A stretch of 64,000 nt of DNA, from the NCBI GenBank assembly GCA_035711865.1, contig DASTBT010000004.1:6439-70438 (forward strand), given 5' to 3'. The translations under genes and the position numbers were made by a program. The notes under the pieces were generated by a model, which saw only the letters and a program-made list of their open reading frames with translations, had not been told where the DNA came from and searched no databases. Source of the DNA: Actinomycetota bacterium (lineage in GTDB: Bacteria; Actinomycetota; UBA4738; HRBIN12). This document shows positions 1 to 9,088 of this stretch, piece by piece (within the stretch, counting starts at the first letter, position 1; each line of letters starts with the position of its first letter).

Positions 1-150
1 AGAACCGGACCTTCGTGCCCGGCACCATCGGGGTGAACGCGGCGAGCTCCATGCACGAGTTCGTCAGCCCGTGCGCGAACACGGTCACGGGTTCGCCCGT
101 GCCCTCGACCTCGACGTGGAGGGTGGCGTCGCCGACGTCGATCTCAGCCA
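1..150 (-). CDS. alpha/beta hydrolase fold protein (N-terminal 50 aa in window; gene continues beyond position 1)
   Basis: Reverse-complement of 1-150 reads MAEIDVGDATLHVEVEGTGEPVTVFAHGLTNSCMELAAFTPMVPGTKVRF, the typical start of an alpha/beta hydrolase up to its oxyanion/HG motif. It is divergent from the next gene. Confidence 0.5.
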
Positions 151-204
151 TCGCGATCCAGTCCCTTGGGGGGAACCCATCCGGCCCCCGCGTTCGAGGG
201 TACG

Positions 205-525
205 ATGCCCCCGAAGATGACCGACGGCGCAACCGACCCGACGCAGATCTCGCTCGCGCGCACCGACGTCGAGAACGTGCTGTCTCGATTCCGGGTCCGC
301 CTGACCGACCCCGACGGTTCCTCCACCGAACACGAGGTCACGGTCTCCCGGGCAGAGTGGGAACGATTCGGTGAGGGATATCGGACGCCCGAGGAACTGG
401 TCGAGGCGTCGTTCCGCTTCCTGCTCGAACGAGAATCGAAGGATCAGATCCTGGGGGTGTTCGGACTCGGTCAGATCGGCACGTACTTCCCGTCGTACGG
501 CCGCGACATCGACCCCACGGCTTGA
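205..525 (+). CDS. hypothetical protein (~106 aa)
   Basis: ATG at 205 sits 5 nt after a GAGGG Shine-Dalgarno. The translation is non-repetitive and protein-like (…EHEVTVSRAEWERFGEGYRTPEELVEASFRFLLERESKDQILGVFGLGQIGTYFP). I recognised no family. Confidence 0.45.
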   Translation: MPPKMTDGATDPTQISLARTDVENVLSRFRVRLTDPDGSSTEHEVTVSRAEWERFGEGYRTPEELVEASFRFLLERESKDQILGVFGLGQIGTYFPSYGRDIDPTA

Positions 526-532
526 TCCGGCC

Positions 533-3500
533 TCAGTCGACGTCGGCGTCGACCTGCGCCGGCAGCACCAACTCGCCGTCGATCTCGATCAGGTCGTCCT
601 GCGGCGCGAACTGGTCACGGATGCGACGGGCCCACATAGCCACGAGCGCGGTCAATCCCAGGAACACCACACCGGAGACGAGCAGGATCGTTCGGGTGGT
701 CGCCTCGCTCCCCTCGGTCCAGATCAGGAACAGGATGATCGCCGGCACGATGTACCCGAGGTTGTAGGCGATGTCGAACAACGCGAAGGCCCGTCCGCGA
801 AAGTCGTCGGGCATCGTCTGCTGCATGATCGTATCGGCCGAGATCTTCCCCACGAAGAACGAGAAGAAGCCGACGAACAGCATCGCTGCGAACCCCGCGA
901 CCGAGACGAAGACTCCGCCGACGATCGCCCCGATCCCGAGCAGCACCATCGACCCAAGGAGCAGACGCACCGGGGCGACCCGGTCCTTGTACGTGTGCGC
1001 CACGACCATGCCGAGCCCGCCACCGACCAGGCCGCCCAGCCCCGACAGCACGAGCGAAAGGGTGTTGGAGTCCCCGTCGACGACGAGGTTCTTGGCGTAC
1101 AGCGCGAACACGAACAGGCCGAAGCCCCAGAACTGGTAGCGCAGCATCTGGAACGACGACAGGCCGAGCGCGGCGGGAGCCCGGGCCGCGACCTCCTTGA
1201 GACCGTCGACGATGTTGCGCACGACCAACGACGCTTCCCGGCCGAACGACGTTTCGTGCGGATGCAGCTCGGCGTGCCGGAGCTGCATCGCGACGAACGC
1301 GCCGAGCAGGAGCACGAGCGCACCGACGATCACCGGAACGAACGGCGGCACGAACCCGGCGAGACCACCGCCGAGCACGATGCCGAAGATCTGCGCCAGG
1401 GCCCCGCCGGCCTGCGAGAGCCCATTGCCCTGCAACAGGTCTTTGCCTGAGAGCACGTCGGGCATCGAGGCCGACTTCACGGTCAGCGCGACCCGGACGC
1501 ACGCCTGGACCGCGAGCAACCCCGCGATCAAGGCGCCGGTCGCGAACGTCTTCCCCTCGGTGGTCTGGTCCCCCAATGGCACGAGCACAGCGAACGCCAC
1601 CACCGTGACCGCGACGGCCGTCGCGGTGTCGGCCCACCACACCACGCGCCGACGCGGGAAGTGGTCGATGAACACGCCGATGAACGGCGAGATCAGCGTG
1701 TAGGGCAGGTACAGCGCGAGCACGACCGTGAGCAGATAGTCGGCGGACGGCAGGTTCTGCACGTCGAACCCTTCCTGTCCTCCGAACGCGAGCGACTTCG
1801 CGATCGCGCCCTGCACCACGCCCTGCCCGGCCTGCGCGAGGTATTGCACGCCCATGAGCACCGCGAAGTCCCGGTTCGAGAACACCGCGAACATCGAGTT
1901 GAAGAACGACCCGAGCGACTCGAGCGGCCGTCGCAGCCACGCCTCGGCGACGCGCAGCGCGGCTCCGACCCCGAGGGCGACGGCGACCACCGTCCATCCC
2001 TTCGCCGTCGTGAGGGGCCCCCTCCACACCGCCAGCACCGCGATGCCCGCGAGCAAGACGATCACGACGGACATGCCGGGGATGAGCGCGATGCGGTCGA
2101 TCGTCGTCCTGATGCCGAGCCAGCCCGACGCGAGCCACCCCGGCACGATCAGCAGCAGCGTGAGCAACGCGACCACGAGCAGGTTCTGCGGCAGGTTCTC
2201 GAGCGCCCCCGGATGCGCTCGGAACTTGGTCGCTTCCTCGGCCGCGGCCTGCTGCGCCCGTTCGACGACCTCGGGCGGAGGGCTGTACAGCCCCTCGCCC
2301 TCGACCACGTACACGTCGGGCCCCACCTCGACGCCGCGCGACGTGGCTGCGTCGAGGGTCTGCCGCTCCATCTCGGCCGAGCAGTCATCGAGTCCGTTGC
2401 ACAATCCGCCGTAGTACTGCCCGATCAGGAACACGACCGGCGGCTCGGCGAACTCCTCGAACCGGGGACGGAAGTCGTCCGGCAGGGTGGCGTCGGGGTC
2501 GCAGACCCGGGCGGGGCCGCCGAAGGCCTCGCACCAATGGGCGGTCGCGGCGTCGGTGTAGCCGTCGCTGTCGGCGGTCGAGGTGGTTCGCTCGCCGGCG
2601 AGGAAGCCGTCGAGGGTGCCGAGGTAGGTCACGGATCGCTCGATCGCATCACCGGGCAAACCCGTGCGGAAGACGTTCGTGTAGGTCTTCGCCCACCCGT
2701 AGGCGGTGTTCGTACCCGTCGCCGGGTCGTCGGTGTCGCCGTGGTTCACGACGAGCACGTTCGGGCGATCACCGGCGGCCCGGACCACCTCGTGTACCGC
2801 CGCGAGCGAGGTGCGCACCTGTTGATTCGCCCACTGGTTGCTCTCGTTCACCCACCGGTTCTGGATGCCGTCGAGGAGCACGAACCCGAGCGAGGCGACC
2901 ACCAGCACGACCCCGATCGCCCCGGCGACCAGCAACGGTCCGCGCCGGTCGCGCAGCAGCCACCGGATCGCCACGAACGCGCCGAGACCGACGAGCGCCA
3001 TCGGGGCGGCGCTCGCGTTCATGAAGCGGTAGTACGGCAACGCCGTGCCGGTCAGCACCGAGGCGGCGCCGGCGAACGCCAGCAGCCACCAGATCGACAC
3101 CTGATCCTCGGTGCGGGCGGGCTCACGCGTGCGGCGCGACAGAAGGATCGTCGACACGATCGCGATGGCGGTGAACGGTACGATCACGACCGGCTGCAGG
3201 GACCCCACCCACTCGATCAGGCGGTCGGTGAAGAACCGCGCGGTGTACGGAGGCGGCAGCGCGGCTTCCGCGAGGCTTGCCGGCTTCCCCCAGATGCCGG
3301 CGACCCAACAAGCCAGCCCGGCGATCATGCCGAAGCCCGCCGACATCAGCATCGGGCCGTCGGCTCTCAGCGCCGCGCCCAGCGAGAACCGGCTCGTCAG
3401 GAAGTGAAGCCCGAACACCGCCATGAGCACGACGCCGAAGATCACACAGGTCGTCGGATGCGTGAACGCGGCCGCGATGCCGATCAGGAACAGCGCGGTG

Positions 3501-4069
3501 CGCGCTCCCCACGACGTGCGTGCCTCATGCACGAACGGGATCATCAGCGCGAGCAGGAACAGCACAGTGATGTTGTCGAGGTACCCGACGTAGGGAGTCG
3601 TGAGGAACAGCGCGACCGTCGCCAGCAGGGTGGTCAATACGACGAGCGGGTCTCGCCGGGTCCGGAACCAGGCGGCGCCCAGCGCGAGGCCGGTGAGGAT
3701 CGGCAGACCGATCATGAGGTAGGCGCTGAACGTGTAGCGATCGATGCCGACGACCTGCTGCAGCAGCGCCCCAGCGAGCGGCACCGTGACCCGGTACCCC
3801 CCGGCGAACAATCCGTTCGGGCCCCACTCCTGGACGACACGCACCGGGTCGCCCTGCAGGATCACCTGTGCCCGCCACGTGTACCACGCCGGGTCGCGTG
3901 TGGGCGCGGACAGGCTCGGGTCGACCAGGAACTTCCAGCCGAGCGCGAGCAGCATCAACAGCGCGAACCCGCCGACGACCCACCAGGAGCCCAGCCACCC
4001 CGGACCGGCGTTCCCGAGCGGGCCGGGTCGCTCGTCGGCCGGAGCCTGCATGCGGTCGATGGCCGTCAT
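533..4069 (-). CDS. large polytopic membrane protein: N-terminal multi-TM GT-C-like domain fused in frame to a C-terminal MFS transporter (ORF open to 4192; start chosen at Met 4069)
   Basis: One uninterrupted frame. The N-terminal ~620 aa has many hydrophobic helices plus a large soluble loop (…VLVVNHGDTDDPATGTNTAYGWAKTY…CNGLDDC…). The C-terminal ~480 aa has MFS hallmarks (FAVFSNRDFAVLMGVQYLAQAG; MPDDFRGRAFALFDIAYNLGYIVP). A GAGAGGA lies upstream of the Met codon at 4069. Confidence 0.6.
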   Translation of the reverse strand: MTAIDRMQAPADERPGPLGNAGPGWLGSWWVVGGFALLMLLALGWKFLVDPSLSAPTRDPAWYTWRAQVILQGDPVRVVQEWGPNGLFAGGYRVTVPLAGALLQQVVGIDRYTFSAYLMIGLPILTGLALGAAWFRTRRDPLVVLTTLLATVALFLTTPYVGYLDNITVLFLLALMIPFVHEARTSWGARTALFLIGIAAAFTHPTTCVIFGVVLMAVFGLHFLTSRFSLGAALRADGPMLMSAGFGMIAGLACWVAGIWGKPASLAEAALPPPYTARFFTDRLIEWVGSLQPVVIVPFTAIAIVSTILLSRRTREPARTEDQVSIWWLLAFAGAASVLTGTALPYYRFMNASAAPMALVGLGAFVAIRWLLRDRRGPLLVAGAIGVVLVVASLGFVLLDGIQNRWVNESNQWANQQVRTSLAAVHEVVRAAGDRPNVLVVNHGDTDDPATGTNTAYGWAKTYTNVFRTGLPGDAIERSVTYLGTLDGFLAGERTTSTADSDGYTDAATAHWCEAFGGPARVCDPDATLPDDFRPRFEEFAEPPVVFLIGQYYGGLCNGLDDCSAEMERQTLDAATSRGVEVGPDVYVVEGEGLYSPPPEVVERAQQAAAEEATKFRAHPGALENLPQNLLVVALLTLLLIVPGWLASGWLGIRTTIDRIALIPGMSVVIVLLAGIAVLAVWRGPLTTAKGWTVVAVALGVGAALRVAEAWLRRPLESLGSFFNSMFAVFSNRDFAVLMGVQYLAQAGQGVVQGAIAKSLAFGGQEGFDVQNLPSADYLLTVVLALYLPYTLISPFIGVFIDHFPRRRVVWWADTATAVAVTVVAFAVLVPLGDQTTEGKTFATGALIAGLLAVQACVRVALTVKSASMPDVLSGKDLLQGNGLSQAGGALAQIFGIVLGGGLAGFVPPFVPVIVGALVLLLGAFVAMQLRHAELHPHETSFGREASLVVRNIVDGLKEVAARAPAALGLSSFQMLRYQFWGFGLFVFALYAKNLVVDGDSNTLSLVLSGLGGLVGGGLGMVVAHTYKDRVAPVRLLLGSMVLLGIGAIVGGVFVSVAGFAAMLFVGFFSFFVGKISADTIMQQTMPDDFRGRAFALFDIAYNLGYIVPAIILFLIWTEGSEATTRTILLVSGVVFLGLTALVAMWARRIRDQFAPQDDLIEIDGELVLPAQVDADVD

Positions 4070-4198
4070 CGTCGAGGAGCGGTCCTCTCTACGTCGGGGG
4101 AAGGTGGCTCGGGCACCCCACGGCCTCATCGTGGTCGTGGGAGCCGCCACAGGATAGCCCAGCGAGGTCGCCGTGCCGGGAGCCGGTTCCACGCACGC

Positions 4199-5854
4199 TT
4201 ACGTCTGCCTGGCCTCGGGAAGGCAGGGCAGATCCTGCATCAACGCGGAGGGGAACGCCGCGGCCATGACCGTGTCGCCGTCCTGGCCGGCGTTCGGAAC
4301 GATACCGCCGGCCGCCGTCTGGGCCTGTGTGAAGGTCATCATGAAGCGCGCCACCTCGTCGACGCTGTGCCCGTTCGCCTCCAGCTCGTCCATGTTCAGG
4401 AACGCCTGCGTGGGCTGCATGAGATCGACGATGGGCGGACCGCCGGGGCGCCCGAACCGTCCGTTGATCAGCTCCTGCATCGGCCCGGTCGAGATCTGGA
4501 AGCCGCCGCTGACCGCGGGGTCCGGCATCGACGCGTGATCGGCGGTGACCACCATCGCCCACTCGCCCTCGCCGACGCGGCGGTCGAGGAACGTCACGAG
4601 GTCTTCCAAGGCGCGATCCTGCGCCGCGACGGCGTCTCGCATCTCGGGCGAGTTCATCGACCACACGTGGCTGACGTAGTCGATCGCCTTGAAGTTCAGG
4701 TACAGCAGGTCGGGCACCTGGTCGTCGCCGAACCCCTCCCGCCGGATCACCTGCTCCACGACACGCTGCTGGTAGGGGGTGCGTGCGGGCGTGTCGAACC
4801 CTCGGAGCAGCTCGTCGATGTCGTTGTCCCGCCACCTGCCGTCGAGACTGCCGTCGGCCCGGTCGAGCACCTGCTTGTCGCGCTCGAAGCCCTCGACATC
4901 GTTCGCGTACCCGGCCAGCCGGTAATAGGGCGCATCCCGCTCAGGCAGGTTCCATTCGAAACCCTCGTCGGTCAGGGTCTCGCCCCCGATCACGGACCGC
5001 GTCAGTGCGATGTCGCGGTCGCCCCCCGAGTAGAAGGAGCCGTGTCCGAGCATGCCGAAGTGGATGTCGACCGTGCCCACGAGGCCGACGACCGGCCGGT
5101 TGTCCATCGCACGGTCGTACACGTCGGCGAGGGTCGGCTCGAGGAAGAACGTCGGGCCCGCGTTCCAGGGTGCAGTGATGCGGCCCGCGACCAGCATGTT
5201 GTGCCCGGTGAGGCCGTGGTGCTTCGGGAACGAACCCGTGCCGATCGTCGCGTGGATCTGCGCCGTGCTCGTGGGTGAGGAGCCCACGGTCGCATCCGTG
5301 TACCACGTGCCCCCCGGGATCAGCGAGGTGGTGAAGGGCAATGCGTCGGCATGCGCCTCGAGCACGTTGATGCCGGCGGCGTCCCAGACCATCGTCACGA
5401 TCAGCCTCGGGACCGCACGCTCACGATCCGGCAGCAAGGCCTCGGTCATCGGCTGGCCGTCGGGCGCCGAGAAGCCATCGAACTTCAGCAGCCTGGCCGC
5501 CGTGGACGCGATGCCGGCCGACGTCACGGGCCGGTGGACCTCGCCCAGGCGCTCGATGAAACCGGGGCCGTACCAGAACATCGGCACCGTCTGCATGTAG
5601 TCCCAGGGCCCCACGTGCGGCAGCCCCGAGCCCACGAAGTTCGGTTCCTCGGGCACGAAGCTGAGCTGGGCCCCTCGGTCGGGACGCCACCCACGCCAGG
5701 TGCGGAGCAGTTGTTCGTGGGGAAGCGAGCACGCGATCTCCACCAGGTCGTCGGGGACGGCCTGCGCGCCGGCATCGGTCTGCGGACGCAACACCGCGGT
5801 GGCGGTGAGCACCGACACGAGGGCGAGCAACGGAAGGACACGGCGGGGGGGCAT
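4199..5854 (-). CDS. secreted alkaline-phosphatase-superfamily enzyme (type I phosphodiesterase / nucleotide pyrophosphatase-like)
   Basis: Signal peptide MPPRRVLPLLALVSVLTATAVLRP. Motifs TIGTGSFPKHHGLTGHN and VVTADHASMP resemble the NPP/AlkP metal-ligand regions. The upstream 500 codons of the ORF are Arg-rich junk and were excluded. Confidence 0.65.
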   Translation of the reverse strand: MPPRRVLPLLALVSVLTATAVLRPQTDAGAQAVPDDLVEIACSLPHEQLLRTWRGWRPDRGAQLSFVPEEPNFVGSGLPHVGPWDYMQTVPMFWYGPGFIERLGEVHRPVTSAGIASTAARLLKFDGFSAPDGQPMTEALLPDRERAVPRLIVTMVWDAAGINVLEAHADALPFTTSLIPGGTWYTDATVGSSPTSTAQIHATIGTGSFPKHHGLTGHNMLVAGRITAPWNAGPTFFLEPTLADVYDRAMDNRPVVGLVGTVDIHFGMLGHGSFYSGGDRDIALTRSVIGGETLTDEGFEWNLPERDAPYYRLAGYANDVEGFERDKQVLDRADGSLDGRWRDNDIDELLRGFDTPARTPYQQRVVEQVIRREGFGDDQVPDLLYLNFKAIDYVSHVWSMNSPEMRDAVAAQDRALEDLVTFLDRRVGEGEWAMVVTADHASMPDPAVSGGFQISTGPMQELINGRFGRPGGPPIVDLMQPTQAFLNMDELEANGHSVDEVARFMMTFTQAQTAAGGIVPNAGQDGDTVMAAAFPSALMQDLPCLPEARQT

Positions 5855-5962
5855 CAGGTGGGCATAGGGAACACGACCCCGCCGGGGGGCGACAACGACC
5901 CCGTCGTGGAGAGTCTGTGACGACCGACGGGTTCGCGGTCGCCGAGGCGGTACCGTGTCGAA

Positions 5963-7306
5963 GTGTTCCTCGGCGGTCGGCTCTCGAGGCTCCTGCTGGT
6001 CCTGGCCCTCGTCGGGGCACCGGCGCTGGTCCTCCGCATCCTCTGCGTGGGCGGGAGCTGCCACACGCCGGCAGCCCGGGCGCAGGGCGACGTGCCGTTC
6101 TGCTCGCTCCCGAAAGAGCTGCGCCGATCGATCGCCGCAGGCTTCCGCGAAGGCCGCTCGCCCGAAGTGATGGGGGCGACGGCCGGCCCAGGCACGGTGC
6201 GGACCACCTTCGGGAAGTCGGGCGTCGTGCCCTGGCCGGGTGGCACCGGGACCGGCGCCACGCCGGCACGGCCTGACGATCGGGTGCCACTCGTCTTCTT
6301 CGGTGGTGGAGTAGCTCCGCATGCGATCTCCGACGGTGTTCTCCTCGATTCGGTCGCACCTACGCTCGAAGAGATCGTTGGGATCCGCCGCGACCACCCG
6401 AACGTGCGAACCGGTGAAGCGATCGTCGGCGTGGCGGAAGATGCAGGGGCCTCTCCGCTCGTCGTGCTCATCGCCTGGAAGGGCCTCGGCACCCCCGACC
6501 TCGAGACGAGCCCCGAGGCATGGCCGTTCCTGCGTCGCGCGATCCGGACCGGCGCCGGCACGACCGAGGCGACGACGGGATCGTTGCCGCTCGACCCGGC
6601 TGCGACGCTGACCACCATCGGCTCCGGTGCCCTGCCGGCTTCGCACGGGATCACCGGAACGCTCGTGCGAGATGTCGAGGGTGAGGTGCGGCGCGCCTGG
6701 TCGGGTCGGGACGCAGGATCGGTCATCGCGACGTTCGCCGATGACCTCGATCGGGATCGGGGCGGTGAACCGCGCATCGCCGCGGTCCTGACCGACCCAA
6801 CCGATCGTGGGATCGTCGGCGACGGCTGGTACCTCGATGGGACCGACCACGACACGATCGTGCAGGAAGAGCGTCCGGCTCGGCACGTTCGCCTCGCGCG
6901 AGCGATCGTTGGCTCCGAGCGGCTCGGGCGAGATCGTGAGACCGACCTGCTGGGTGTCGTGCTCGCCGGCTCCGTCGAGCAGGTCGATTCGACGACCTCC
7001 GACCTCGTGGATGCTGTCCGTCGGCTGGTCCCAGACACGACGTTCGTCGTCGCCGGAACGGGCTCGAACACGGGGACGGGAGGGATCGAAGCGGCGGCCC
7101 TCAGCGCCCGCGTGGACCAAGCGATGGGCGCGCCGGTCGTTCAGCGTGCCGCCGCCGACGGCCTCTTCCTGGAGCGAGACGTCCTCGTGGAGCGTCGGCT
7201 CACCACCCAGGCCGTCGCCGATGCCCTCCGGTCGAGCGGGCGAGGCGAACCACTGTTCGCCGACGTGTACCCGTCGTTCGCCGTCGCCCTCTCCCGGTAC
7301 TGCTGA
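5963..7306 (+). CDS. secreted alkaline-phosphatase-superfamily phosphodiesterase-like protein (GTG start)
   Basis: Signal peptide MFLGGRLSRLLLVLALVGAPALVL. Motif TTIGSGALPASHGITGTL resembles the NPP PESHGI(I/V) box. It is divergent from the paralogue across a 108-bp intergenic region. Confidence 0.55.
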   Translation: MFLGGRLSRLLLVLALVGAPALVLRILCVGGSCHTPAARAQGDVPFCSLPKELRRSIAAGFREGRSPEVMGATAGPGTVRTTFGKSGVVPWPGGTGTGATPARPDDRVPLVFFGGGVAPHAISDGVLLDSVAPTLEEIVGIRRDHPNVRTGEAIVGVAEDAGASPLVVLIAWKGLGTPDLETSPEAWPFLRRAIRTGAGTTEATTGSLPLDPAATLTTIGSGALPASHGITGTLVRDVEGEVRRAWSGRDAGSVIATFADDLDRDRGGEPRIAAVLTDPTDRGIVGDGWYLDGTDHDTIVQEERPARHVRLARAIVGSERLGRDRETDLLGVVLAGSVEQVDSTTSDLVDAVRRLVPDTTFVVAGTGSNTGTGGIEAAALSARVDQAMGAPVVQRAAADGLFLERDVLVERRLTTQAVADALRSSGRGEPLFADVYPSFAVALSRYC

Positions 7307-8328
7307 TGTCGACCGATATCGAACCCCGAGCCGCCCGGACGTCTTCGGTTCCCAGCGCACGCACCCGACCTCCCGTCGGCTGGGTGCTCATCACGCTCGT
7401 CGGGGTCGCGATCGTGGTCCGTGCCGCCGACCCAGCGGACCTGCCGTGGCTGCGGAACCTCATGATCGTGTTCGGCTCCCTGCTGGTCGAGGCGATGCCG
7501 TTCATCCTGCTGGGCGCGACCGTATCGGCCGCCATCGAGGTACTTGTACCCGCCACGGCCTTCGCTCGCATCGCGCTGCTCCCTCGCGCTCTGCAACTCC
7601 CCGCGGCGGCCGCAGCGGGTGTTGCGTTTCCTGTCTGCGAGTGCGGCTCGGTCCCCGTGGCGCGGCGGCTCGCTGCCAAGGGCCTGTCGCCGGGCGCGGC
7701 CGTCACGTTCATGCTCGCGGCACCCATCGTGAATCCCGTCGTCGTGGCCTCCACCTTCGTCGCCTACCGGGGCCGAGACACGCTCTGGCTCATGGTGCTC
7801 GGCCGGCTCGCTCTCGGCTTCGTCGTGGCGATGACGGTGGGCTGGGTCATGGGGCGGCTGCACGCCGGCGAGTTGCTGCGCGCCCGCGCAGGCTCGGGCG
7901 GCGCTCACGACGGCGTTGGCGATGAGCCACGATGGAGGCGATTCTTCGGGCACCTGGCAGGCGACATGGTCTTCATGACGAGGTTCCTGATCGTGGGTGC
8001 GGCCTTGGCGGCCGCCATCCAGACGTTCGTGCCTCGATCGATGGTGGACGGACTGGCCGACCTGCCGGTGATCAGCCTGATCGCGATGATGGGGCTCGCG
8101 TTCGTGATGTCGCTGTGTTCGGAGTCCGACGCGTTCGTGGCCGCGTCGTTCACAGCGTTCGGTCCTGCCTCGCAGCTCGCCTTCCTCGTGTTCGGCCCGA
8201 TGGCGGACCTGAAGCTCGCGGCCCTGTATGCGGGCTCGTACCGACAGGGGTTCGTCCGCACGGTGATCGTCGTCGTGGGTGCGACGACGCTGGTCGCGAC
8301 GCTGTGGATCCAGGTGATCTGGGGATGA
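7306..8328 (+). CDS. DUF318 / COG0701 family permease (ArsP-like predicted permease)
   Basis: About 10 TM segments with the conserved Cys motif PVCECGSVP. The start overlaps the upstream stop (TGATG). Confidence 0.8.
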   Translation: MSTDIEPRAARTSSVPSARTRPPVGWVLITLVGVAIVVRAADPADLPWLRNLMIVFGSLLVEAMPFILLGATVSAAIEVLVPATAFARIALLPRALQLPAAAAAGVAFPVCECGSVPVARRLAAKGLSPGAAVTFMLAAPIVNPVVVASTFVAYRGRDTLWLMVLGRLALGFVVAMTVGWVMGRLHAGELLRARAGSGGAHDGVGDEPRWRRFFGHLAGDMVFMTRFLIVGAALAAAIQTFVPRSMVDGLADLPVISLIAMMGLAFVMSLCSESDAFVAASFTAFGPASQLAFLVFGPMADLKLAALYAGSYRQGFVRTVIVVVGATTLVATLWIQVIWG

Positions 8329-9029
8329 GGCCGACGGACCGGCGGTTCAGTGGCATCCGCGTCGCGGCCGGTCTCGTGCTCTGCGCATGGGCGGGTCTGT
8401 TCTGGTTCCTGCTCGCTTCGGACCGAACGTCGCTCTATCTGTCGGGGCGTACGGCGTGGCTCGTACCGGTCGGCGCCGTGCTCGCGACCATCGCAGGCAT
8501 CGGTCGCCTCGCATCGGCTCGCGTGCCCCACCCGGAACCGCTCGGTGCGCGAGAGACCTGGGTGCTCGGCGGGATCGTGCTTCCGGTCGTGCTGCTGATC
8601 GCGTTGCCGCCCGCGACGCTCGACTCCTTCGCGGTGAGGCAACGGTCGGCTTCGACGGGAATCGGCTCGAGCGCCCGCATCGTGGACGGCCCGATCGACC
8701 TGGTCGACGTGGCCGCGGCACAGGCGGTTGCCGAGGCGGAGCAAGCCCTGCGCGCACGAGCGGGCGAGCGTGTCACCCTCGACGGGTTCGTCACCCAGGA
8801 CCCGGGCGAGGCCGATCGCTTCAGGCTCACACGATTCGTCATCACGTGTTGCGTGGCCGACGCGACGATCAGCTCCGTCACCGTGGTCGACGCGCCTCCC
8901 GGATCGTTCGCCACCGACCGATGGGTGCGGGTCACCGGCCCCATCTACCCACTGGGTGGGAACGTCTTCGTGCAGGCGGAGTCGGTCCGGCAGATCGAAC
9001 AGCCGGCAGACCCCTACCTCACGCCGTGA
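8325..9029 (+). CDS. TIGR03943 / DUF1980 family protein (partner subunit of the DUF318 permease)
   Basis: ATGA overlap with the permease stop. Two N-terminal TM helices, then a soluble domain ending in the family CC motif (RFVITCCVADA). Confidence 0.7.
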   Translation: MRPTDRRFSGIRVAAGLVLCAWAGLFWFLLASDRTSLYLSGRTAWLVPVGAVLATIAGIGRLASARVPHPEPLGARETWVLGGIVLPVVLLIALPPATLDSFAVRQRSASTGIGSSARIVDGPIDLVDVAAAQAVAEAEQALRARAGERVTLDGFVTQDPGEADRFRLTRFVITCCVADATISSVTVVDAPPGSFATDRWVRVTGPIYPLGGNVFVQAESVRQIEQPADPYLTP

Positions 9030-9088
9030 GCCAAGGCCGGCATGGACACCCGAGGCACGGTCCGGTGGATGTCGGTCGTGAGCGACGC

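Noticed and set aside
371-5278. Very long ORFs such as 371-1450(+), 615-2138(-), 1661-5278(+, 1205 aa)
   Set aside because: They overlap the well-supported membrane-protein and phosphodiesterase genes. Their translations are Arg/Pro/Gly/His-rich low-complexity strings (RRR, GRG, PRP runs), as expected for non-coding frames of GC-rich DNA.
5855-5962. PHO-box-like direct repeats in the divergent phosphodiesterase promoter
   Set aside because: Only loose GTTC/GAAC fragments (gggaacacgac). I could not convince myself of an 11-nt direct-repeat periodicity without a proper PWM scan.
4199-7306. Possibility that the alkaline-phosphatase-family proteins are PglZ of a BREX defence system
   Set aside because: Both proteins start with classical signal peptides and are ~450-550 aa. 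No PglX methyltransferase, BrxC ATPase or other BREX components are adjacent. NPP-like exported phosphodiesterases fit better.
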